DNA of 64,000 bases from Geosiphon pyriformis uo1 (GCA_016748015.1 JAAOMT010000231.1:145453-209452); one strand, 5' to 3'. Numbered from the stretch's first letter, positions 1 to 13,244 are shown. Made by a program: numbers and translations. The notes: generated from the letters alone by a model not told the origin.

Positions 1-3000
1 TACATCAACGAATGCAAACTTAGCAAATGCTAGACCGAATCCAAGGTCTCGTAAGAACATCTCCCAAACTCCGAACATTCGCGTGCGATATCAACTCTAG
101 TGTCTCTATCAGCACAGTAGACGATTCCACCTCACCGCACTTCACTGTCATAAACTTTTTTCTCTCAGCAACTAGCAAAAGGCCGTGTTAAGTTCTCATA
201 GCGGATGTATGAAAACTAGCCATTTTTCAGCTCGTCGTTCCCGATTTCAGATGCGAATCTTGATGCCATACTACTGTCGTACTTTCCCAATCGATTCCTA
301 TGCACTATGCATGGTTATAATGTCGAGCCTCTTGTGCGCCTGGTCCACCACCCCCCTCCCCCCCCCCGTACACATTTGAGCGTGTCATAAATGCCACGAA
401 CGTACCGCCTAGCGATGTGCGAAATTGGTACACCGAAAGTGTTAACTTAAAAATTTCTTGAGAGATTGTGACGTAGGGTTCTACCACAAGTGCCAGATTC
501 CCCAGCCAACCTATCTGCCTTGTCATTGCCCACATCTCCTAAATGGTTTGTATTCGAATTTGTAACCTATTTAACCCTTTTATTTAAATTAAAAAGTTAT
601 AAATAAAAATTCAATCTTTATTATTTTAGTATAAGTTTTTTAAAATTGTTAATAATAATAAGAAACTTTTGTCAAAATATAAATAATATTTATTATTAAA
701 ACCTTTGTTTACTGGTAGTCAAATATTTAATATTAAAATAATTAAATCTTGTATTTAAAATAAAAGTTTCTAAATGTTTTGATAAAATTAATTTAATGAG
801 GATATTGAAAAAAACCTTTGAAATAATACAATGCGAAATCAATTTGTAGAAGTTATTAAAGACTAAAATAAATTTATGTAGAAATTTTTGACTTTTCTAA
901 CCCTTTAATAAATGCGATGTCATCTTAATTCTTGTGTAACTGAGGAAAACCCGAATTTTAAAATTGTTAATCATGATTTCCAACTTATTGAGATCTTGGT
1001 AATTGTAGCTGAAATAAAAAAATATACATGAACAAAAAATGCCCATGCACATCTTCAAACACCATAATTTTTTGGTTTTTTAAATCAATTTCTCTTTTTC
1101 TAAACCAGTGTTTTTGCTTTTTAATTTATATTAATATTTTGCGAGCATTATTACATACCATAAAGTCTCTAAAGTAAGCAACTTTTTCTTCAAGCTCAGA
1201 AGTCTTAAAAAAGTTGAATAGTTACCTTTTAAAAATTCATATTGTTAGATAAAAAATATATTTATTATTTATTTTATTAATTTTCTAATTCTAATTCTTC
1301 AACAAACATACTATCTTCTTTCAATTAAATCTTTAATTTCATCTCTTTTATTAATTTCTGAGCCAGAAATATATAATAAATTATCTTCAATTTTCTTTAC
1401 ATTTTTTAAACTATTTAATAATGATTTCTACAAGAATATTTTTTTATATCTCTAAAATTCATAGACAAATCAAATCATAATCTGATTTTGTAAATTTCTT
1501 ATCTTTATCCAAACGAAATTCTTTATTACTCATTATACATACCATATTTTTTCAATTTGTCTTTGAATGATTTTTTGATACTTATGTTAAAACTGTACTA
1601 TAGATATTAAATTTCCTGAAATGATATTATATATATTTATTAGCATTGCATTATGACATATTAATATAGTTTTGTGTTCCTTAAATAATTCATAAAGAAT
1701 ATATTTTATTATATGTTATTATGACAAAAATATTATATCTTTTAAAAACCAATAACACAAAATTTTAATTATCAAGTTTTTTTCAACAAGATAAGCTGGA
1801 ATTTTTTTGGTATTAATATTCATTGTAATATTATTAATTAATAAATATAAAAAGATTATATTATATTCAAAATATTAATTTGTTTAACTTCATAAATAAA
1901 AATAAAATTGTAATATTACAAATTAAACTTCAATTAACTGTGTTTATATAATTTAAAATTGCATTATATAAAATCAACATCAATTTATTGAAATATAATT
2001 TTTGTTTACAAATATTTCATACAAAAATTTTAATTTTGGATATTTTGTTATTAAAATTGACAAATTATTAATTACTTTTATATTAATAAAAAAGATAAAA
2101 CGCACTTAAATAAAATACACAATAAAACGTAAAAAGGCATTAAAATTCGATTTTTGAAAGAATTAACATTAATTAAAAAACATAAAAAATAAGTTGTCAA
2201 GAATAATTATAAACCAAAAAAAATGTTAATTTGTATTCTAGTTTTAAAGTTAATTTGACCAAATATAATAATAAATAAAATAAATTGACCTAAAAAGCTT
2301 GTTTTTGTAAATATATATGTAAATATTAAAAAAAAATATGAATGCCAACACCAAAAGTTATTTTGATTGATTCAAATCCAATTACATGTTTTTTAAAATA
2401 GAAAATTTTATAATAAACCACTTAAGCATTCATTAATCCTGCATAGTTAAAAGACGGCTTGAATATGATGCACCGGGATGAACATTTATCATAGATTTAA
2501 TTCTCTCATTACTTTTTTCATTTTTTTTATAAGCCTATCTGATTCTTCAAACTGCACCCTCTCAAAACATTTATCTGTAGAGCTGCTATCATAAATTTCA
2601 ATAAGTTGACACAACTCGAGACAAACTTCCAAAGCAGTAGGGCGATTCTTGGGATTAGCATTACAACACTTTTTAATTAGTTTAGCGATAATAGGTAAAA
2701 TAAAGAGGGAGGTAATATTTGGTCTTTTGTCATTTATAATATCACTTATAAGAAATCGGTCATGAGAAAAATTATGAAAGGGAGGGTTTCCAGTTGTCAT
2801 TTCCCATAATAACATCCCGAGACTATAGATATCACCAGACATTGTGAAATTTTCACCTTGGATAACTTCTGGTTGAATATATGGAATCACTCCAAATATC
2901 CCTTTTTTCGCTAATTCCTTGTTTACAGGTTTATTCAATCCAAGGTCTCCAATAAGTCACTAATATCATCGATTTGTAGAATGTTCCCCGCATGTAGGTC

Positions 3001-3419
3001 ACAATGAACTATGCCAGCAGAATGTATAGATCCAAGCTCACCAGCAATATTAAACCCTATATATAATTTATTCCTCCAATTAATAGAATGAAAATTCGAT
3101 GATAAATATCTTCCCATATCTCCATGTTTGGCAAGATGCATCGCGAAACCGTAATCGACTGTTTCAGAATTTTGCGTGATCCCTATTATTAAAGGGATAT
3201 ACATGATTATCATTGCTAATAACTCTTTGTACATTGATCTATTAAAAAGTGAATAAATAGATTTGAATTTGAGATTATGATTTTAATTACCTCATGAAAG
3301 AATTCTTCATTGTTGCGCTGCGATCTGTGCATTAATTTTATTGCAATTTCCGATTCTCCTTTCCTCAAGTATTCCATTTCACCATTATGCACATTTGTAA
3401 AAGAAATAGAACGACCTTC

Positions 3420-3488
3420 CCATGTTGCTTTGTATATATAACCGAACCCTCCTTCCCATTTTGCTTTGTATATATAACCGAACCCTCC
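3420..3488. repeat. 36-bp tandem duplication of the kinase glycine-rich loop
   Basis: Two near-identical units encoding GGFGYIYKAKWE / GGFGYIYKATWE. Confidence 0.9.
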
Positions 3489-3584
3489 CGCACCAATTTT
3501 AGACATGTTTTTCAAAGACTTCCATGGAATCCATTCGTAATAATACAATTAATCCTTTTTATTTTCATTCTTGGCCGGTATATA

Positions 3585-4190
3585 CAGAGGGTGTCCAAAA
3601 GTTTCCGAACAAGATTTTATTTAACAATAATATTTATTTTTTTATAAAATAAAACAAAATAAACAACATATTTATAATTTTATAGTAATAATCTAAATTT
3701 TTCTATTAAGTGTTACTAAACGTTTAAGTCGGCGATATTTTTGGTGAGTAAATAAAGATGGACGTCCTGAACGAGGTCTTGAATCAATTGAACCAGTTTC
3801 TTTAAATCGTTTTATTGTATCCGAAACTGTTGTCAAGCTGCAATTGACTATGTTAGCAATATCACGATATTTCTTGCCATGCTGTTGTAATAAGCATATA
3901 GTATTACGTTGAGCAATCGTTAATTCTTTTTTTGCTCCCATTTCGTTTTAATAAAAACGACGAAAAAATCTTATATGCGCGTTACATTTTATTTTTATAA
4001 AAAAACGAGTATGAATAAAATCGATTATGCGCGTCGCGAAAAAACATTATACACGCGTGTTTAAAAAACAAAAAACGCGTAATTAAATAATTAACTAACT
4101 TAATTTAGTAATAAACTCGTGCTTTTCTAATTATTCAAGCATGTGGAATGTTACTCCAAAGTTTGTTCGGAAACTTTTGGACACCCTCTG
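3585..4190 (-). mobile_element. Non-autonomous Tc1/mariner element (606 bp, internally deleted)
   Basis: Perfect 28-bp TIRs CAGAGGGTGTCCAAAAGTTTCCGAACAA (3585-3612 and 4163-4190), TA target duplication (3583-3584, 4191-4192), internal HTH ORF. Confidence 0.96.
3693..3941 (-). CDS. Truncated Tc1 transposase, N-terminal HTH DNA-binding domain only
   Basis: 82 aa with HTH pattern YRDIANIVNCSLTTVSDTIKRF and RSGRP linker motif; stops before any DDE domain. Confidence 0.85.
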   Translation of the reverse strand: MGAKKELTIAQRNTICLLQQHGKKYRDIANIVNCSLTTVSDTIKRFKETGSIDSRPRSGRPSLFTHQKYRRLKRLVTLNRKI

Positions 4191-5089
4191 TATTTTGGAT
4201 TTTTTATTATTTCGTCAATCGTTTCGTTGCTGCTTGAGAAATCTTTATAAAGTCTTTCAAAAAATAGGCATTTACAAGCCTTGCAGTCATTCCATTTTTT
4301 CTTGATACTTTCTTCACATAAAGTACACTTGTCGCAATCATGAAGTTCTTTGGACGTTTTGTTAAGTTCAAGTTTTTCCATGCTTATAAATTTTTTTTTT
4401 TGAACTTTGAAAGGCGGCTTTGATTTTAAGAGGGCTTTACACATAATAACATATTCAAAGGGGATTCGTATTTAATATATTTCTCTAAATAAAAAGGTAG
4501 TGATATGCTAGGAATCGTAAAAAAAACGCCACTTTTAATTAAATATTTCTCATTCTTCAACTTCTAGGGAAATACATGGATAAAAAAACTCCACTTTCAA
4601 TTAAACTAAAATTTATTCAAGTTTCATGTTGATTGGATAACTTAATTTCTCATTTTGAATTCATTCTGGGAACCTCTAAGGGAATACATAAAGGATGGCT
4701 TCAATATAGAAAAACCCCAAATCATAAATTATTAGAATAGAAAATTGGATGATTTGAAAGTACAGACGGGTCACACAAATTCAAAATGTATACAAAAATA
4801 GTTAAATAACAAGGAAAACAAAGTTTTAAAGTTTAAGATTACTCTCATTTTTTAGTTCCATTTTAAATTTGGACATTTTTAATATTTTTACATAAACTCT
4901 GGCAAAATTTTCGTAGGTGGAAAGATTGTACGAATTCTATCTCTCATGAATCCGAGTTCTAACTTGATACTTCCCATAAAGCTTTCCACAAAAATTTTGT
5001 CTAGTTCCTTTAAAGCCGATTTTAGAACATACTACTGTAACAAGTGAGAATGATTCATATATATATATGAAGATATACATGCATTATGT

Positions 5090-5340
5090 ATGAAAAATTT
5101 AGCAAGTACTTAAATCTTAGAATCAGCTGAACTCGCTCATTATACAGCTCTATAGTTATATGATGGAAAGATATATATTTCTGGAGGACAGGAGTTTTTT
5201 CGAATGAAACAAAGCTTTATTTTTATATATAGAATATAATATCTTTTTCATATAAAGATACGCTAATCAATTTTCTTAGTGAATGGGCAAAGCAGCTGAT
5301 ACACAGAACTCTATTGTTTGGATATAAAAATCTAGTGAAA
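5090..5340 (+). pseudogene. Kelch/galactose-oxidase-repeat gene fragment
   Basis: Translates as AHYTAL*LYDGKIYISGG, a kelch-blade-like pattern, with stops; only a fragment. Confidence 0.4.
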
Positions 5341-7049
5341 AAGCCAAATAATACTTTGAAACCAATCTTTTTGTACTATATGGTAATTATTATCCAGTTT
5401 TTTATTTAGATTCTTAAAAGAAATAATGCTTATATAAATACACATATATTATTATTATCCTTATTAACTAAATATGAAATTTATGTTGTCGACACTAATA
5501 TTTAGCTGGAAAACTCAATATACTCTAAATCATCTTTGAGTTAAGATTAGCAGATGAAGATTTCCACAATTCTGTCTTACTAAAATTTCATTTGATAACT
5601 ATCAACAATCAATTATCAAAATTTTGAAAGGTATTCCAGATAATTTACATTTGAAATTTGTTAAGATAATTTAAATTTATTATGGTTCAGGTTTGTATAA
5701 TAAAGGTATACCTTTATCTTATAAAGTTTATCACCTTCATTTACACATTTGGACTATTATGAGTTATTGAAATATTAAGGTGAATTTTGTTATTCTCATT
5801 GAAAATGCTCAAGACATTGGGGTTTAATAGTCATTCTGGTGAAAGCTACACAATGACGATGAATATGATGACTTTAGGATCTTAACTCATTCAATTCAGT
5901 GACAAAAGGCAGACAGAAATTTCACAATGTGTAAAAAATGTGACTAATATTTAATATCTACACATTTAACCTGAAAAATAGCCTCAATTCTTTGGGTAAA
6001 CTTAAAATTAAATGATGTAGAGTTTTTAATTTTATACATGGCAATTTTTCTTTATTATTTATTTTAATTCAAATTTAAATCGAAGTAAGGTCTTCTTTTT
6101 GCAGTTTAATTACCCAAATAGTCTCATAAATATTCAATGGGATTGAAAGCTAACTAATCTGAAATTATCAAGTAGTAAATTAGAAGTGTGACAATTAAAA
6201 TCATTTTATTGAATCTAAGGTATAAATTAATTTTATAAATCATTAATAAAGGTATCTGGATTTATGTTTCTTTGATTATGACTAAAAACCCAATAGCGTG
6301 CTAAGAAAAAAGCCCAAAACATAACCAAACTTTATTACAATCGATATTTTAAGCTTTTCATTTGTTCAAACTCCCACTTTTCTATCTGACTTAAATAAAG
6401 CAAAAATGAGATTCATAAGATCATAGAATCTTTTTTATTTCAACACTATAAATGTATCTTTTTGTGGCAGCAGTTCAATCCAATTTTTTGTATATATTGA
6501 TAAATTGTATTCATTGTGTTGAATTGATTTTATTGAAGATCGCAAATTACTTTTTCAAAACGTGTTGTAAAAATAGTTTTCTATATTAAAAAGATATTTT
6601 AATTGTCCAAAATTTCCATTGCAATGTGAATATTAATTTTTTATATTAATTTATAGTAGTAAAAATAATTGCAGAAATATATTGAATTAAGAAAATAACA
6701 TCAAAAATGAATGTTAATTATTTATTTGAATTTTCGAAACCTTAACTTGAAACTTTTTTTGGATGCAATTTGTATTTGACTATTGTTATTTAACAAAAAA
6801 CACTCAAATTATGTAAATCAAATAGTGATTAAATATCAAAAAAGTAAAAGTATAAACTTTGGAAATTTTTCAAAAGAAACAAAATACAGAAATTTACACG
6901 ACTTTAAGCATGCATGCAAAAATTTAACTTAAAACAAAACAACTCATATTCAAGAACTTATAAAAGATTGAATAAGACTATTATTTAGCATTTATTGTAT
7001 TTTTTTGATAAATTGGTGATTAATAAATAGAAAAGCAGTTTTGAATGCT

Positions 7050-9560
7050 TGCCAGTTAGTAAAAAAAGAAGCTTAGTTTTCAAATCATTTGTTAACAGTT
7101 CACTGGAGAAATAAGAAATTGATATCAATATTCTGGTTGCATTTTATCTATTTGTATCTACTGCTTTTGTCGCTTTGTTAAGTTATTCTTGGGAACTGGT
7201 TTTGGCATTTTCTTTTAGAATAAATTCAGAAATGTTTTTAATGCTTTCTTTATTTTTTTGATTGCTAAAATAGTCACTTTGATTTTCTTTTAAATAATGA
7301 ATTTTGGTTGTTGAGTTGGGCTTTTTAATAATTTGAAATTTTTTGGTTTTAAAAAGCAAACAAGTTGTAAATTAGATATTTGGACTTAAGCAAGTAATTT
7401 TGAAAATAGTCTAATAGAGAATAGTAATTTGTTACTGGTTTTTCGTTTAAATGTTTGGTGTGTTGTAAGTTGTTTAAAAATGTTATTGAGCTCTTTTTTG
7501 TTTTTTATTGTAATTGTTTTTAAATTCTAATTTTAAGTCAAATAAGAATTAACAGTCAATTGAGTATTTTTTTTACAAATTTTATGATGCCATAATTAAG
7601 TTTTTAAAATTAAGTTTAATAAACATTAAGACTAATAACTTTTGTTTTTCTTGTTAAGTAATAGATTAAATTTTAAAAAAGCTCTATTTTACTTTTGTAA
7701 TATTGTAATTTCCAAAGAAAAAAGTATTTGATTCAATTTTTAAGATATTTGTAAAAGAGTTTTCTTTACAATTAAAATTCTGCTAAATTTCAAATTTTTG
7801 CTTGTAATAAGTTTAAATTAATTTATAGTATATTAAAGTTATTGTGTTAAAAGTAGTTTTTATTTTGAATAATTTTTTGCTTTATTGAATTTTTGAGAAA
7901 GCACTAAATGTTATTAGAATTTTTTGTTATTTTTTCTAATGTTGTTAATATTAATATTATTGCTAATTCTATCTTTAATAAAAATTATTAAACTTTTAAT
8001 AAGCTATTTATTTTCAAAGTATCTTTTTATACTTTGAACTATTTATGCTATTAAACTTATGATAGAATAACCAATTTTATGCCAATTATTTTGTATAATT
8101 ACTTTGTAATAAAAATTAATTCTTTGATAGAAATTTTTGTTTGTAAGCTTTTTAATAATGTGTAATTACTTTACAATAAAAGTTTACTCTTTTATAAAAA
8201 ATATTAATTATAAACTTTTTAATAATATGAGAAAAATAAAAAATAAAATGATTTTATTAAAAAGAAAAATGTTTTTTGTTTAGATCTAAAATAATTAAAC
8301 TGTTTAATAAAATTGGTAATTAATTAATTTCAAAATATTAGCCAAAGATTGTAAATATTATGAACAGTTAATTAAAAGGAAGTTTAATTTTTAAAATAAA
8401 AATATTTATTTTATTTTAATAATATGTATTCCTACTTAATGATTTTAATTTAGAACTTGATATATTTTCTTGAAGAAAAAAGCTTTTTTTATACTTCTTG
8501 TTATAGTACTAGTTTAAATTTTAACACTCTTTCTTTTAAGAAATTAAATGTTTATTTTAGTAAACTACAGATTGTTTTAGCAAACTGTTAAGTATTTTGG
8601 TGAATTGTTAAATATTTTGACAAATTCTTAAATGTTATATAGTTTAAAGTATTACATAATTTGTTTATAGAATTTAGTTTTACTTTTATATTATACAAAT
8701 TAGATTATTAATTAAATAATAATATTTGATAATTTGAATAAATAATAAAGATAAAAATAATATTATGTGCTAATTGATATTTGGAATTATAAGAATAATT
8801 TCATGTTAATTAATAACTCAAATTTTGCTTAATAATAATAATAATTTAAAAAAGTTTTTTAATAATTTCTAATAATAAAAAAGTAATTACTTAATAAATT
8901 ATTTTGAAAAATATTGTTATGTATAATTTCAATGTTTAATATATTGTGTAAAATAATTAAATAACTATTAAAATATGAAATACTATTCTAGATTTTTTAT
9001 TTTAAATATTACTTGGATTTTTGTACATTTGATATTTAAGTTTTTCGCTGGTTAATGAATTATTACTTTTGGTAAGATTTTAAAAGCAATTTTAAGTTGA
9101 TATTAGTTAAAGCTTTTAGTAATAAAATTAAATATTGTTTTTAAAGTATCTGAAATTGTATTTAATATTTGATTTTTAAACTGTTGTTGGTAAAATATTT
9201 AAATTGTATTATAAAATAGTTTTTGTTAGAAATATTAATTTTATTTAGTAATAGTATGTTAATTACATAATATTTTGAACATTGTTGTTTATTATACAAG
9301 AAAAAAAAATTGGTACTTTAAGCAAACAAATTATTAAAAAACCACTTTTGGTAATAATGTAAGCTTAGAGCACAAATTTATTAATATTTGGTCTTAATAT
9401 AAAAAAACTACAACCAAAAAATATACTATTTTTGGTTTGCTTTTTAATTTATAATAAGTTGTGTTTGGTTAAACTGGCTAATTTTGTTAACAAATTAAGA
9501 AAAATTTTTGCTGTTATAGTATTGATAATTGTAATATATTGTTACAGTTAGATATAATAT
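7050..9560 (-). mobile_element. Heavily G/C-eroded transposon relic, probably a retroelement
   Basis: About 2.5 kb with strong G+T skew on the plus strand, almost no CpG, no ORF, an internal ~66-bp duplication near 8093-8224 and a weak dUTPase-like trace (INLKIALKI-like) near 9070-9120. Confidence 0.5.
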
Positions 9561-10019
9561 GCTAATGAATAGCAAGAGAGAACAGCATTGTATGATGATA
9601 AAATAATCAAAAGGGTTAATGAGCGAATTGAATTAGTAAAGATTCAATGTGCGAGATCAGTCTCATAAATATTTCAGTTGCTATTCTTTTCAAAAGGTAA
9701 CAAAGGAATCTGAAGGTAGAAGGATAGTCCATACTGTTAAAAAAAGATAACACACTCGTATAATTCTATGCCTCATGTTGGTGCTCTTAGAATTCAATAT
9801 CAGGTATCAGTTGTACTTTTTAGTAAATATTTATTCAATATACTTTACAAAAACTAACAATTATACAAATCAAGAAAAGAAAAGGGAAAAGAAAAGGGAA
9901 AAGAAATAGTGAAAAGGAAAAAGAGTTGATATTGTTGTATTGATCTTTGCTTTGAATGAATTTGATCTGAGTGTGGATGATTTCTACAACTTTGGGCTCG
10001 CTTATATACTCTCGAAAAG

Positions 10020-10105
10020 GGATCAATTATCAAGTCAATGACCAAGTCAACGACTAAGTCAATTGATCAAGTCATTGATCAAGTCAATGATCACATCAAC
10101 GACTA
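10020..10105 (+). repeat. 12-13 bp tandem repeat (CAAGTCAAYGAY), about 6 copies
   Basis: caagtcaatgac caagtcaacgac taagtcaattgat caagtcattgat caagtcaatgat cacatcaacgac. Confidence 0.85.
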
Positions 10106-10738
10106 CTTCTAAAAATAGGGTGGCTATCTAATGACATACATGGGATTAACTATGGCTAAGTAAATAAATGAAAACTAAAAAGTAAAAGTTTCATTTAAAA
10201 ATTTTAAGTATTAACCTTAACATTTCTAATATTACAATCAAGTGGGCCAACTGAGTATTATGTTCTTAAGTTATAACAAAAGTAATGTGTTTTTTAAATT
10301 GAATGGAACAAACAGTAGGTTAGATTGAGTTATGAGACGAGACCACCACCTTTGCAACCCATTTCACTCGCATATAGTAGGGAGGCGAATTTTGGAAAAA
10401 ATCGGACACGAGCGTTCGTCTGAATCGTTCGTTCGTTCGTTCGTGCAGGGTAACCGCCTCTATTCCTCTGGCTATCAAATAACGAAAGTCATCATTCGAT
10501 AACGTTGAGCGGGTGACGTTTGAAGGCGTTCAGTTAAAGGAGAAGTTATCTATTGGGCGTGCCGGATCTACGGCACGTGATAGGTGTGAAAAACGTTATG
10601 CATGGGATACAACTGCGTGATATTGATTCGAAATTGTGAAAAATTTTCTACCTTATACGCCAAAAAGTTATAGTTATTCGATATAACAAAGCTTTTATTT
10701 TTTCAAAACTTCTAAACAAGCTATTTTTCCTAATTAAT

Positions 10739-11801
10739 ATGTCTATTGACTTAAAAACTAAAATTCACAAGTTTTTGATTGAAGAGCGCCATATAAATGC
10801 CTCCGTTGTTCATCAAGAGTTGGAAGAAAATCCTTGGATTCCACAAAATGAGTTGAGATCGATTGTAGACCAAGTCGTTGGTTATGTTAGTTGTTTGTAT
10901 CCAAGTACTTCTTCACGTTAACGAAGGCTTTTTAGGATTGATTTACAGGTTAGTCATTAAAATTTTTATAAGATTATTTTATTAGTGAAAACTGATGCAT
11001 TATATATTTTTAGTTTGAAGACGCTTTTGAAGGAATCAGCACATTTTACGATCTCGGGGTCGTCAAAACAAATAAAGAAAAGCCTCTTAACTAGATTTTA
11101 AGAGGTGTGACAGTGAAACGAGACCAGCTAAACTAATACACAATGGACTTGGAAAGAGTCAGAAGATATTGGATGTGTAGTCAAAGAAATTCCAAATATC
11201 TTTTAAGATATTTGGAATAATCCCCGAATTTGCAAAAACATTAAATGAGGGGACGTACTAATCGACTAATATAGTCCCTGTCATTCGAGCTTCATTGAAA
11301 AACCTTCCTATCGGAGACTCCTTTTTTATTAGTACATCAGAGAAGCAAAGTATTGCTAGTGCTAATAGAAAGGGAGAAGGTCATGCTTGTAGTGAAATAT
11401 CTGGAGGCAATTTTCCAACCTATGTATTGTGAATGCTCTCGCTTAATTTGTAGTCCACAAAAAAAAGGAAGACGATGAAATAAAGCTATGGCGAGAGACT
11501 AATGATGGACTATACTGGATACGTCAAAGACTTAAACCCGACAAAGAACAGTTTGGCATTGTAGGCATGCAAGTAGCAGAGAGTGTATTGCATTTGAATG
11601 TTCTTGTTTGAGATATGGGTAATGTGCACTGATATTACCATTTACAATTCCTGTACAATTTTCTGATGAAAGAATTGTAACTAAACTTTGTTATTATTAT
11701 GTAACATAATAATTCCTAATTTATCTTTACTACATCATATACTTGTTTTCACATTGGAAAGACTAAGGGAGGGGAATACTACAGTTTCTACTCCGGAATG
11801 A
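10739..11801 (+). pseudogene. Relic of a Glomeromycotina multicopy gene with a probable PD-(D/E)XK nuclease-like fold
   Basis: Interrupted frames give NEGTY..IVPVIRASLKNLP..STSEKQSIASANRKG..ECSRL..KEDDEIKLWRETNDGLYW..KEQFGIVGMQVA..LHLNVL. There are many stops and frameshifts and one intron near 10949-11013. Family assignment is from recognition, not a search. Confidence 0.6.
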
Positions 11802-12006
11802 CTAGAATTTCATTACTTCATGGCTATATTTCATTATAAAGAATAAAAAATAGCATAAAAAACGTCATAAATAATGATATAAAACAAATTAAAAAAAACC
11901 CAAAACGTAAAAAATTATTATCTTTACCTTTTGTTGATGCGCATATGCGTTACGAGATGGAAAAAAAAGATGATGCGTTGGTGTACCTTGTCGCTGTACA
12001 TTACGT

Positions 12007-12640
12007 TTAATGTTTTTCCTTTGGTGCAACTAATGCTTGGTCGATTGTTTCGTCTGTGATATTGGCGGGAGCTGAGCCAAGACGGACCTTTTGCGCCATC
12101 GCACCACAGTATTTAAAGCAGATCTCACCAGGCCTATCCATCGCTTCAATAGCTGTTTCTGATGGTGGTTGGAATACATCTTGAGTAGTAACCGTACGGT
12201 TGAGGATTCCTTCCGTCTTCTGACGTTTGCCACGGACTCTGTTGCCATTCCCTTGCGCTTTTTTGTTTTCTGCGTTCTCTTCAGTCAGGAGAAACTCTCC
12301 TTCCCTGCAGGCGGCAGATGAAGACTGTGTTGACGGCAAGAACATCCTGGAAGAGTTTGTGCCAGTGAGAGGTCGCATTGTCGAATAGAACCACGATTTT
12401 TGCAGAATGGAGGGAGAAGATATATTGGAGGATGTCAAAGGCAAACAGACAGAGTCAATCACAGTGTGTATGGCAACCTCTGAGACAGCACCGTGACTTG
12501 ATCGTTCCAGTAAGGTCTTAAGCTCCTGGCATTGAAGACACCACGGCCGATATTTTCGACGAGCTCAATGTCGGGAATCGGGGCGAGAGTTGTTTTTGTC
12601 ACTAAAAATCCTCCTTTTGCTTTGCACTTTCTTGGTAGCA
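12007..12640 (-). pseudogene. GC-richer coding-like relic of unknown family
   Basis: Visibly higher GC than the flanks; 151-aa non-ATG ORF plus an upstream frameshifted coding-like segment; no recognised motif. Confidence 0.35.
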
Positions 12641-13244
12641 GAGGTGGTGGGTGGTGTTATCAGCATTTTGAGAATTTAGCTCAGGAATATGCTTTTCCAA
12701 AAATATGCATATTGAATATCCCAAAAATAAGCTTCAAATTTAATTTTTTTTTAGGGATTATACAAACCATTAAATATCCTAAACCCTCTTACATTTTTGC
12801 AGCCCAATGATCTCAAAGGTAATGTAGACGGTTTCTTGCCTATCTTGTTTCTCCATGTTTGATTACCAAAGTTTGAGCGAGTGTAACATAAACGATTCCC
12901 CAAGTTTTATTTTTCTGTCAAAAATTTGGAATCACCCTATCTAAATAAAAGAAATTTAGATAAATTTACCATAGACTTTATCCGACTTTCAAACATTGAT
13001 ACAAGACCAAACAAACCAAAGTATCCTTTATAACCAAGCTTTGCCTTATTTCTTTATACATTTCTTATTTCGTCAAAATCAAGAGTGAAAATTTTTTTTA
13101 TAAAACTTAAACATATTTCAAATATTCTGAAATTCCTTATATAATTAACATTATATTTTTAGAAGCACTTTTGTTCGAACTATATATTTCTCTTTTTTTC
13201 AAATAAAACTTTTATAATATCTGTTCAACGCTAATTTAAAAACG

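Larger units (their letters stand above)
2420..4444 (-). pseudogene. Tyrosine-kinase-like (TKL) protein kinase pseudogene
   Basis: Motifs EWIPW, GAGGFG, IAIK, VHCDLHAGNIL, IGDLG, GVIPYIQPE, DIYSLG and a C-terminal HPGASYSSR are split over several ORFs. There is a frameshift before IGDLG (~2950), another near 2490, an in-frame TAA at 3549-3551 and a Tc1 insertion at 3585-4190. Confidence 0.9.

Noticed and set aside
1-540. GC-richer segment with short ORFs and a poly-C tract
   Set aside because: No recognisable motif in any frame and truncated by the window edge; cannot be assigned.
10020-10105. Mini CRISPR or iteron array
   Set aside because: Contiguous 12-13 bp tandem units without spacers.
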